Shown here: piece by piece, positions 56,122 through 64,000 of the stretch | How the letters are laid out: every line of letters begins with the position of its first letter | How positions within the stretch are numbered: position 1 is the stretch's first letter | Assembly: GCA_964506645.1 (NCBI GenBank) | Contig: CAZDML010000001.1 | Coordinates: 12,072-76,071 of the forward strand | DNA: 64,000 bases | Direction of reading: 5' to 3' | From: an uncultured Elusimicrobia bacterium | GTDB lineage: Bacteria; Elusimicrobiota; Elusimicrobia; 2-01-FULL-59-12 | Position numbers and translations under genes: made by a program | The notes under the pieces: generated by a model | Told to the model about the DNA's origin: nothing | Seen by the model: only the letters and a program-made list of their open reading frames with translations | Databases searched by the model: none

Positions 56122-56622
56122 TTATTGCAGCAGGACTTTTGGAGGAACAAGCCATTCGAGTGTCGCGCAGCGTCCCGCTTGAGGTTTGCGAACCGAGAGC
56201 TTGCACAGCCCGCCTTTCTTCAGCGTCACCGAAATCGCATCGGTATTTCCTGCCACCCACAAGCTAATCAGCTGGCTTAGAAACGGCTCATGTCCGACCA
56301 CAAGAACTGAGCGCCAGTAACAACCCTGGCGCCCCAGTGCGTGAGCAAACGATTTCGGAGACGCCTCAGAAGCCAGTGTCTGTCTTAAGGAGAGTTTCTT
56401 TTCGAGCTTCAGGGACTTGGCGACGATTTCTGCTGTTTGCTTGGCGCGAAGGTAGGGGCTTGTGAGGATGCGGTCGAAGTCGACGTCAGCTCGCTTCAAA
56501 AATTTGGCTATTTTTTTAATTTTCTTCCGGCCTTCTTCGGTTAACGGACGCTGCCAATCGGGTTTGGGTGCCCATTCCGAGGCTTCCCCAGCCAAACCAT
56601 GCCGCAAAATATAAATTTCCAT
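56122..56622 (-). CDS. sixA: phosphohistidine phosphatase SixA (histidine phosphatase superfamily)
   Basis: MEIYILRHG (RHG catalytic motif) and VGHEP. About 166 aa. Confidence 0.75.
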   Translation of the reverse strand: MEIYILRHGLAGEASEWAPKPDWQRPLTEEGRKKIKKIAKFLKRADVDFDRILTSPYLRAKQTAEIVAKSLKLEKKLSLRQTLASEASPKSFAHALGRQGCYWRSVLVVGHEPFLSQLISLWVAGNTDAISVTLKKGGLCKLSVRKPQAGRCATLEWLVPPKVLLQ

Positions 56623-57542
56623 CAGTCCTCCTTCCACCAGTGCAGGCCCTTTGCCCGGTAGGCCTGCAACATCCCTTCGCGAATCCCAGCCCGTGTGACT
56701 TTCATGCGGGAAAGTCCGTAAAAGTGAAGAATCTGGCTCATAATCAATAAGCCTGCCGGCATCACGCTCACCCGTTCAGGACGCATGCCCCGTTTCTTGG
56801 CAATTTTTTTGGAGGAATGATGAAGTAGGATCGCCGCTGCATCATCGAGATCCGCATCTGTAAGGATGCCATCACGTTTCCCATGGACGAGCTTGGCCAG
56901 GAAGTGAGCGCTGCCGCCCACGGCCATTGCAGCGCGCGGCTGCGGTACGCGCGGGGCTTTCCAGAGCGCCTTTTGAATGGGAACGACCAATTGAAACCAT
57001 TCCAGAGGTTGCGGGGGATCGTGGCGAAGTCGTGCGGAGAGAATCCCGCTGCCGATGGGGAGGGACGCCCAGGAGACGGGCCGTCGGTGAGTGGCCAGAG
57101 TAATTTCGGTCGATCCGCCGCCGCAATCAATGAGGAGTTCGGAATGCGTGGGGTGCAGGTACGGCCACGCGCCCAGAAATCCCAGTTGGGCCTCCCGTTT
57201 GGGTGTTAAGAGGTAGATCGGATGGCCAAGGCCTCGGGCTAAATCGGCAAGAATCTTTTTTCCCCCGGGTGCCCGGCGCATCACTTCGGTGGCCCCAATA
57301 AGAATTTTTTGCGCACCGGCCTCGCGTGCTATTTTGATTTGGCGGCACAGTGTTTTTCGAAGGTGATGGATGACGTGCGACGAAAGTCGGCCTTGACGTG
57401 CCAGATGTTTCCCTAAAGACGCAAAATCGGTGTGGTGATCGATAAACTGACAGCGGCCGTTGGCCAAAGGCCGGGCAACCAACAAGTGAATGGTGTTAGA
57501 GCCGATATCGATAGCGGCGAGCGGCGATGAACGTGAGGTCAT
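56622..57542 (-). CDS. Ppx/GppA-family phosphatase (short form, no HD domain)
   Basis: LAAIDIGSNTIHLLVA, the ASKHA fold N-terminus of exopolyphosphatase/pppGpp phosphohydrolase. 306 aa. Confidence 0.8.
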   Translation of the reverse strand: MTSRSSPLAAIDIGSNTIHLLVARPLANGRCQFIDHHTDFASLGKHLARQGRLSSHVIHHLRKTLCRQIKIAREAGAQKILIGATEVMRRAPGGKKILADLARGLGHPIYLLTPKREAQLGFLGAWPYLHPTHSELLIDCGGGSTEITLATHRRPVSWASLPIGSGILSARLRHDPPQPLEWFQLVVPIQKALWKAPRVPQPRAAMAVGGSAHFLAKLVHGKRDGILTDADLDDAAAILLHHSSKKIAKKRGMRPERVSVMPAGLLIMSQILHFYGLSRMKVTRAGIREGMLQAYRAKGLHWWKED

Positions 57543-59593
57543 TCGGTGGGAACTTTTGGTTTTTGTGGCGTCAGCTCTTTTGGAACGATCTTACGGATGG
57601 TGGCAGCGTCTGCCTGTGCACGTTCGCAGAGTGCTTCTTGCACGCGGAACTTGCGGCGGCCTTCAGCCTCCACGCGTTTATAGCTTCCGTCTGGCTGCAG
57701 GCGCCAGGCTTTGACATTGTCTCGGAAATAGAAGTGCAACACATCGATCAGTTCTTTCTTGTTCTTCACATCCTCAATAGGAAAAAGAAGCTCAACGCGG
57801 CGGTCCAGGTTGCGCGGCATACAATCGGCGCTAGACAGATAAACTTCTGGTTCCCCGCCGTTGGCAAAGTAGAAAATACGGCTGTGCTCGAGAAATTGGT
57901 CGACAATACTGATGACTTCGATGGTCTCACTCATGTTTTTCAAACCCGGCCGTAGGCCGCAGATTCCGCGGACGTTCAGTTTAATGTGAACCCCAGCCTG
58001 GGACGCCGCATACAGTGCTTCGATCATTTCCGAATCAATGAGCGAATTCATTTTCATCAGAATCTGGCCGGGATGTTCGGGGGTGCTGCGCAGGGTTTCG
58101 CGGCGGATCAGCCGAAGAAGTTTCTGGCGCAGCCCGAAGGGCGCTACTTCGATTTTAGACCAGGCCGCGGGCTGCGAATACCCCGTGATCATGTTAAAGA
58201 AGGCGGCTAAGTCATTGGCATAGTCTTCTTCACTGGTAAAAAATCCGACGTCCGAATAAATACGCGAAGTCTTTTCGTTGTAATTGCCGGTAGCCAGATG
58301 TACGTAACGTTTCATGCCTTCGGCTTCGCGGCGGATGACGAGACAGGCCTTGGCGTGTGTCTTTAGGCCCGCGACGCCGTACAGGACGGTCGCCCCCGCC
58401 ATGGAGAGACGTTTGGCCCAACCGATATTGTTTTCTTCATCGAAGCGGGCTTTCAGTTCTACCAGCACGGTGACACGCTTGCCTTTTTCAGCCGCCCGTT
58501 CCAGTGCCCGCACGATGGGCGAGTCCTTATCGGTCCGGTAGAGCGTTTGCTTGATCACCACCACATCGGGGTCGTCCGCTGCGGCGTTCAGAAAGCGGAC
58601 AACGGCATCAAACGACTGGTAGGGGGTGAACATCAACACGTTTTTGCTCTTGAGAACGGTCCAGATGTCTTCCTGCCGCTCAAATTCTGGAACCGGCAGC
58701 GAATCCCAGGCCGGCCGTTTTAATTCTTCAAAGCCAGGCTGGAATGCAATCTGTGAGATGCCCTTCAGATCAAAGAAACCGTCCTGACGGTAGAGGTCGG
58801 CATCGATGACGTTCAGATGTTTCTGGAGGAAGCGCATCATGTCAGGGCTGGCGACAATTTCCATGCGCATTACGTCGCCTTCGCGGCGTTGTCGCAGAGC
58901 CTCGCTCATGATTTTCATGAAATCTTCGTCTTTCTCTTCATCCAGCGTCATTTCGGCGCCGCGCGTCAGGCGGAAAAAGCCCTTTTCCAGAATTTCATAT
59001 CCCGTAAACAGCTCCTGCGCATAGGTCGCAATCACATCCTCGAGTAGGACAAAGGGGTGGCCCTTCTCTGTAGGAAGAAAAATGATGCGTGAGAGATTGG
59101 AGGGAATTTCCACTACCGCCGTCTTCTTGAGCGCACGTTGAAAGGGCGGCGCAATCATCACAGACATAAACAGCCGTAATCCTGCGAGCATCGGAGCGGG
59201 GCGGTCTTCTTCCAGGGCGATTGGAGTCAGCAGCGGCAGAATATCTTTTTGAAAGAGAGTGCGCAGAAAATCCATTTGCGCGGGTGAACAGGTCTCCATG
59301 GGCATGCGTCCGATACCGGCGGCCGCCATTTCGGGGGCGAGGACTTCGCGGAAGTGGCGGTTTTGCTCGTCCATGAGCCGGAAGGCGCGCTGCCGGATGG
59401 TGTCGAGCATGGGGTCTTCATCGGCAAGACTGGCGATGCGGACCATGAAGAACTCATCCATGTTGGAACTGACAATGCCAGTGAACTTCAGACGCTCCAA
59501 CAGCGGATTGGTTGGATCCATCGCCTCCGCTAGAACGCGGGTATTGAATTCGAGAATAGAGAGTTCGCGGTTGAGGAACAGGTCTTTGCTCAT
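57539..59593 (-). CDS. ppk1: polyphosphate kinase 1
   Basis: 684 aa. N-terminal LFLNRELSILEFNTRVLAEA. Two PLD-like HKD regions. Confidence 0.9.
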   Translation of the reverse strand: MSKDLFLNRELSILEFNTRVLAEAMDPTNPLLERLKFTGIVSSNMDEFFMVRIASLADEDPMLDTIRQRAFRLMDEQNRHFREVLAPEMAAAGIGRMPMETCSPAQMDFLRTLFQKDILPLLTPIALEEDRPAPMLAGLRLFMSVMIAPPFQRALKKTAVVEIPSNLSRIIFLPTEKGHPFVLLEDVIATYAQELFTGYEILEKGFFRLTRGAEMTLDEEKDEDFMKIMSEALRQRREGDVMRMEIVASPDMMRFLQKHLNVIDADLYRQDGFFDLKGISQIAFQPGFEELKRPAWDSLPVPEFERQEDIWTVLKSKNVLMFTPYQSFDAVVRFLNAAADDPDVVVIKQTLYRTDKDSPIVRALERAAEKGKRVTVLVELKARFDEENNIGWAKRLSMAGATVLYGVAGLKTHAKACLVIRREAEGMKRYVHLATGNYNEKTSRIYSDVGFFTSEEDYANDLAAFFNMITGYSQPAAWSKIEVAPFGLRQKLLRLIRRETLRSTPEHPGQILMKMNSLIDSEMIEALYAASQAGVHIKLNVRGICGLRPGLKNMSETIEVISIVDQFLEHSRIFYFANGGEPEVYLSSADCMPRNLDRRVELLFPIEDVKNKKELIDVLHFYFRDNVKAWRLQPDGSYKRVEAEGRRKFRVQEALCERAQADAATIRKIVPKELTPQKPKVPTE

Positions 59594-59594
59594 A

Positions 59595-61169
59595 TCAGTT
59601 CTTCGGGGCAGTCCCTTGTTTCAGCGCGAGGGTGGCGCCCAGTACATCGACAAACATATCGGTCTTCTTCGCCAGCGCTTCACGTTCGATCGAAATATCT
59701 TCGAGGGCCTCCGGCACCCAGAGCGTGTAGGCGCTGCCGTTTTTGGTCAAGGTGAAGTCGCGCATGCGCTGCTGGTGGCTCTTCTCCAGGGCCTCGGCCA
59801 CGCGCAGAATCGCCGCTAGCTTCGAGACAATCGCCCGGTCGGTGCGTGGCAGCGACATGTAGGGCACGTGCGTCGGCTTGGGCGCCGAGCGGCGGTGGTA
59901 ACGCACGACGTTGGAGACAATATCTTTCTCGGCTTTGCGGAGTCCAAAAATTTCAGCGGCGTTCACGAGATAGCTGGAATGTTTGTGATGGCTGGCCGGT
60001 GAAATAAACATTCCGATGTCATGCAGGAGGCCAGATACTTCCAGAAGCATGCGTTCGCGCGGTCCCAGGCCGTGGTCGTCCTTCAAAAGATCAAAGAGTT
60101 TCGTGCAGATGTGCGCCACCGCCAGCGCGTGGGTCTCGTCATAGTGGTATTTCTTGCCGAGATTCTTGGATGAATTAATGATCTGGCGTGAAAGATCAGT
60201 GCGTTTATAGCCGGACACGAGCTGGCCGACTTCCAGGAGCAGTGCATCTCGAATGCTGACCATCGGCACAACGACCTGTTCAGCGCGAATTTCAGAAAGA
60301 AAATTGGTGTAGATGAGTAAAGACGGGTAGACCGTCTCCGCATCCGTATAAGTCAGGCCGTATTGGTCAGCGATTTGTTCCACGGTCATCTTGGCCAGCG
60401 ATTTGGTGAACTCCTGCAGGTCCTTCGCAGGCAGCATATCGACATGAGGATCCCGCTTGTCGCTGAGCTGCTTGGAGACGAAGCGGACATGCGCGCCCAG
60501 GGCAATAAAGGTATCGATATTTTCCAGAGGGAATTCGCGACTGAATTCGGCCGCGACCATGTGAATGTGGCGTTTCAAAATGCGCTGCAGGGAAGCGGCA
60601 TCGGTTTTGCCGGCCACGGCCTGGTCGGGCAGGCGGATGGGGCCGACCGGGAGGGTCCGCGTCAGGGCGACCTGGCCTTTGGACGTGACAATCACTTCGG
60701 TACTGCCCGTGCCGACTTCCATGATGAGGCAGTTCTTCTGGTTAAAATCGAGTTTGTCTTTGAGCGCTTCTTCCACGGCAATGAGTTCGAGGCGGTTTTC
60801 TTCGGCGCCTTCTAAAACTTCTACATCGATGCCGGTGCGTACAAACACCTGATCAATAAAGTTGTCGCGGTTGGCTGCTTCGCGGATGGCGCTGGTGGCG
60901 ATGGCGTGGATTTTCTTCACACCGTAGCTGTCCAGAATAGTTCGGTAATTGCTCAGGATTTCAATACCGTCCCGGATGGCGGCGGGGCTTAAGCGGCCGT
61001 TGGTAAAGACGTCTTTGCCGAAGCGGACCGACTTCTGCAACGTCTCCAGCGGACGAATGGAGAGTTTCGCGCCAATCTCAGCGACCACCATACGGATGGC
61101 ACTGGATCCGATGTCGATCACGGCGACGATCTCTTTGGTGTCTTTGGCGGTGGCGGTTTCAGGCGACAC
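59595..61169 (-). CDS. ppx: exopolyphosphatase (Ppx/GppA N-terminal domains plus C-terminal HD domain)
   Basis: IVAVIDIGSSAIRMVVAEI at the N-terminus. C-terminal HD motif (LLHDIG). 524 aa. Confidence 0.85.
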   Translation of the reverse strand: MSPETATAKDTKEIVAVIDIGSSAIRMVVAEIGAKLSIRPLETLQKSVRFGKDVFTNGRLSPAAIRDGIEILSNYRTILDSYGVKKIHAIATSAIREAANRDNFIDQVFVRTGIDVEVLEGAEENRLELIAVEEALKDKLDFNQKNCLIMEVGTGSTEVIVTSKGQVALTRTLPVGPIRLPDQAVAGKTDAASLQRILKRHIHMVAAEFSREFPLENIDTFIALGAHVRFVSKQLSDKRDPHVDMLPAKDLQEFTKSLAKMTVEQIADQYGLTYTDAETVYPSLLIYTNFLSEIRAEQVVVPMVSIRDALLLEVGQLVSGYKRTDLSRQIINSSKNLGKKYHYDETHALAVAHICTKLFDLLKDDHGLGPRERMLLEVSGLLHDIGMFISPASHHKHSSYLVNAAEIFGLRKAEKDIVSNVVRYHRRSAPKPTHVPYMSLPRTDRAIVSKLAAILRVAEALEKSHQQRMRDFTLTKNGSAYTLWVPEALEDISIEREALAKKTDMFVDVLGATLALKQGTAPKN

Positions 61170-61171
61170 GA

Positions 61172-62158
61172 TCAGCTCCCATGCCCAAAGCGGTCGGCGG
61201 CGCGTTTGGCGGATCCCATAGCGACCGAGTAGTCGCCGAGTTTGGCCGGTACGATCTTCACACGGGCCGCCAAGGGACCCATCGCGCGCTCACGCATGGA
61301 TCGTTCGGCTTCTTTCACAATCAGCGTCGGCAGAGCTTCCACCACGCCGCCGCCCAGAACGATCATTTCTGGATTTAAGAGGTTTACCATGTTGGCGCAG
61401 ACCAGGCCCACGAGCTGCGCTTTGCGGCGGATGAGCTCAGCAATCGCTCGGTCGCCGCCGCGGATAGCTTTGGCCAGCGCGCCACTTTTAATATTGGCGA
61501 TATCGGTGCCGGACTCCTGGAAAAGATGAACGGCTTTCTGCCGGGAGGCCAAAAGGGCCGCTTCGGCCGCAATCGCGGGTCGCCCGACCAGCGCTTCAAA
61601 GCATCCGCGCTGACCGCAGCCGCATATCGGGCCGTAGGGGTCGAGCAACAAATGACCGATTTCGCCGGCGCCGCCGCTCGTGCCAACATACAGCTTGCCG
61701 TCTAAGATCATGGCGCCGCCAATGCCCGTGCCGATGAAAATGCCTAAAACGTTTTGGGATCCCTTGGCGGCACCAAACTGCTGTTCGCCGTAGAGTCCCA
61801 TTTTCACATCATTGCCCAAGACGACCGGGATATGAGTGCGAGTGCTTAAATTGCGGGCGAGCGGGAGGGCTTTTAAAAAGGGTATATTCGGCGAGGTGAT
61901 GACGACCCCCCGCTTCTCGTCCACGATGCCTGGGCAGCCCAGGCCGATGCCGATCACTTCCGAGCGCGAGGCTTTGGCTTCATCGAGAACGTATTCAATG
62001 GAGTCGCGCAGGGTTTCAAAAAAGTGGCCCGCGCCTTTCTGGGGACGGGTTTTGGTTTTGACTTCGGCTAACCGTTGGAAACGGCGGTTCAGAAGCGTGA
62101 CCAAGAGCTTGGTGCCGCCTAGATCAATACCAATAACATACTTCTTCTCTTTAGACAT
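61172..62158 (-). CDS. ROK-family sugar kinase (glucokinase; polyphosphate-glucokinase candidate from context)
   Basis: IGIDLGGTKLLV ATP motif. ROK signature and Cys cluster CGCGQRGCFE. Confidence 0.75.
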   Translation of the reverse strand: MSKEKKYVIGIDLGGTKLLVTLLNRRFQRLAEVKTKTRPQKGAGHFFETLRDSIEYVLDEAKASRSEVIGIGLGCPGIVDEKRGVVITSPNIPFLKALPLARNLSTRTHIPVVLGNDVKMGLYGEQQFGAAKGSQNVLGIFIGTGIGGAMILDGKLYVGTSGGAGEIGHLLLDPYGPICGCGQRGCFEALVGRPAIAAEAALLASRQKAVHLFQESGTDIANIKSGALAKAIRGGDRAIAELIRRKAQLVGLVCANMVNLLNPEMIVLGGGVVEALPTLIVKEAERSMRERAMGPLAARVKIVPAKLGDYSVAMGSAKRAADRFGHGS

Positions 62159-62268
62159 ATTGTTTTAAGGGAGCTTTTCAGAGTTGTCGCCCCGGCGGAT
62201 TGTAAGCCGGGGCCCACGAGGCTGGATTGATTTATGGATTCCGGCTTACTACGTGCCGGAATGACAGA

Positions 62269-62538
62269 CTATTCGTCATCCTCGTCGTCATCGTCCTCGT
62301 CATCGTCCTCATCGTCGTCTTCATCTTCTTCGGGGTCGTAGTCCGCCATTTCGCAGGCAAACTCCTTCGCATCGGGTCCCCAGTATAAGCAGGTGGTGGG
62401 TTTACCGGGTTCATCGAGGAAGGCTTTGACACCCCAGACTTTGCCGTCGGCTGAGGAACGAATTTCAAAATCGTCTTCCGATCCTTTACGGACCAGTTTC
62501 AGGGTGTCGTAAAAAGAGGCCAGTTCTTTTGCGTCCAT
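62269..62538 (-). CDS. small protein with poly-acidic C-terminal tail (hypothetical)
   Basis: 89 aa, ending EEDEDDDEDDDEDDDDEDDE, encoded by a GAT/GAC/GAG codon repeat. Confidence 0.45.
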   Translation of the reverse strand: MDAKELASFYDTLKLVRKGSEDDFEIRSSADGKVWGVKAFLDEPGKPTTCLYWGPDAKEFACEMADYDPEEDEDDDEDDDEDDDDEDDE

Positions 62539-62571
62539 GGGTACTATTTTACGAAATAAACAGGGGGGTAT

Positions 62572-63888
62572 TTAGGCGGCTAAGCGAGCTGTTTTGGGAC
62601 TCTTTTGGGTGTCCGGGTGATGGACGGTCAGGGTCGGTTTCTGCACGGTGGTTGTCGTGGTCCGCATCTGCATGATCATTCGGGCGATGGAGTTCACAAA
62701 CAGGCTGATAAAGACAATAAATGCGGCATGGATCGAAGCCTGCCCCCACCCGATACTGCCTTCCAGGCCTCGAGACCAGTAAATCGCTAAGAGAGCTCCC
62801 GCCGACACGGCGCTCGTAACCATGGTTTTTTTCCAATCGGCATACAACGCGGTTGCCACGGGGGTCAGAACGAAGAGCAACCACATCGGGCCCCAGAAGG
62901 TTCCTAAAAGGTAGACCAAATAGACATTAGCCGCAAAGTTGATGGCAATCCGTGATGCCCCGATCTTGTTGGCCCAGTCTTGATGGTTCTTCGAAAGGTA
63001 GGCCGAGACTTCGTTGAAAATGCCCAACCCGATCACAAGGCCGATGGCCATCTTCTTGGCCCAAGCTTCGGCATATCCCAAATAGAGAGCGGCGACCACC
63101 AGCGACAACGCAAACGGCGTGAAGAAGAGGTCGACCACGCGGATGAACTCGGCCTTTAAAGGAAGTGGAATATAGCGGGTGATATCCTGGAACGTCATGC
63201 CGATCCCGATGGGAACCCCCTGCGGATTTTTGATGACGAGCGTGCCGTAACCGAGAGTCAATTTTTCGCCGTCGCCGCGCCGGGTTTGTAGTTCTTGGCG
63301 GTTCACGACCTGCAGGCTCTGTGTCGTCGACAAAAGCACTTTGACCAGCGGTGCATAGCCTGCGAAGGCTTCGTCACAGGGGGTGCCGGTTTCGACAGGA
63401 CCTTTCAAACCTAAAATGCGTTCGGCCGTTTGGTTCACGGCGCGGATCTTTCCTTTTAGATCGATAAAGATCAGTCCGCCCGGCAGGTTCTTCATTGCCA
63501 CATCCAAAAATTCGTGCGCGTCCATGAGTGGGATAAAACGGGTGATGTCCTGGAAGGTGAAACCAACACCGATCGGCGTCCCACGGTCGTCTTTAAGGAT
63601 GAGCGTCCCGTAGCCCAGGACGATAGTTTCACCAGTGGGTTTCTGTGTGACCAGTTCCTCACGGTTGACGGGATGGAGTTCCTTACAGGTGTGCATCAAA
63701 ATTTGAGCAATGCGGGAATGCTGAGTCAGCGCTTTTTGACAGTCGTCGCCTGTTTCCCAGGGCACGGAAAGACCGAGCAGGGTCTCTGCTGTTTTGTTGA
63801 TGGCCTGGATTTTGCCTTTGAGGTCGACCAATATGAGGCCGCCGGGCAGGTTTTTAACGGCCACATCGAGAAAGGAACGGGTTTCCAT
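62572..63888 (-). CDS. tandem PAS-like domains fused to a C-terminal multi-TM domain (sensor-like, no recognisable output domain)
   Basis: Two about 120-aa repeats (FLDVAVKNLPGGLILVDLKGKIQAINKTAETLLGL / FLDVAMKNLPGGLIFIDLKGKIRAVNQTAERILGL) followed by at least five hydrophobic helices. Confidence 0.6.
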   Translation of the reverse strand: METRSFLDVAVKNLPGGLILVDLKGKIQAINKTAETLLGLSVPWETGDDCQKALTQHSRIAQILMHTCKELHPVNREELVTQKPTGETIVLGYGTLILKDDRGTPIGVGFTFQDITRFIPLMDAHEFLDVAMKNLPGGLIFIDLKGKIRAVNQTAERILGLKGPVETGTPCDEAFAGYAPLVKVLLSTTQSLQVVNRQELQTRRGDGEKLTLGYGTLVIKNPQGVPIGIGMTFQDITRYIPLPLKAEFIRVVDLFFTPFALSLVVAALYLGYAEAWAKKMAIGLVIGLGIFNEVSAYLSKNHQDWANKIGASRIAINFAANVYLVYLLGTFWGPMWLLFVLTPVATALYADWKKTMVTSAVSAGALLAIYWSRGLEGSIGWGQASIHAAFIVFISLFVNSIARMIMQMRTTTTTVQKPTLTVHHPDTQKSPKTARLAA

Positions 63889-64000
63889 GACCGGGCGAGT
63901 CTACCCCTTAAAAATGGGGTTTTCAAGACCCAACTTAAAAGCAAACGACAAGCTCCAAATTCCAATATCAAAACTAAACAAAACAGATCTATTTTTAGAT

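Noticed and set aside
62272-62335. Short tandem repeat GA(T/C)GA(C/G)... considered as a possible CRISPR or VNTR
   Set aside because: It is a codon-level repeat encoding the poly-Asp/Glu tail of ORF 62269-62538. No spacer-repeat periodicity and no cas genes.
63905-63935. CCCC-ttaaaaat-GGGG hairpin plus TTTT near the window end
   Set aside because: It is oriented as a plus-strand terminator but sits upstream of a minus-strand gene with no plus-strand gene to terminate. More likely part of the 5' leader or promoter region.

Overview
The window reads as two co-linear modules with a small mobile/defence islet between them.

- **Module 1 (about 1-33.2 kb):** a dense heavy-metal and envelope-stress island. 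It carries two extracytoplasmic-function (ECF) sigma systems: one is a CnrYXH-like sigma / zinc anti-sigma / LTXXQ periplasmic sensor set, the other is a CorE-like sigma with a cysteine-rich tail directly upstream of a YHS-domain Cu(I) P-type ATPase. It also carries several exported Cys/His/Met-rich proteins, two heavy-metal-efflux resistance-nodulation-division (HME-RND) pumps each paired with a TolC-like outer-membrane factor but with no recognisable membrane-fusion adaptor gene, a PII-NG protein, a CzcD-like cation-diffusion-facilitator (CDF) exporter and a CusRS-family two-component system. A lipid/envelope remodelling gene set (GT4, PepSY, LtaS/EptA-like sulfatase, two PAP2 phosphatases), an IPCT/DIPPS-like fusion enzyme, and a clear fluoride riboswitch driving crcB complete the module.
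- **Islet (about 33.2-39.6 kb):** a XerC/D-like tyrosine recombinase, a SOS-response-associated peptidase (SRAP/YedK-like) gene that appears to start with AUC, and an AAA-ATPase + S8-subtilase pair resembling the IetAS anti-phage family, bounded by a ParB-like HTH remnant.
- **Module 2 (39.6-64 kb):** housekeeping genes (GT-C/Ppm-like glycosylation pair, glmU-prs-rplY-pth, CBS, acyP) followed by a complete Pho regulon block (phoBR, two Pho boxes, porin, pstSCABB, phoU) convergent with a polyphosphate cluster (sixA, ppx/gppA, ppk1, ppx-HD, ROK kinase), and a tandem-PAS membrane protein.

No rRNA, tRNA, CRISPR array or transposase was seen. Coordinates follow the supplied ORF track, with starts adjusted where a better RBS/ATG is evident.
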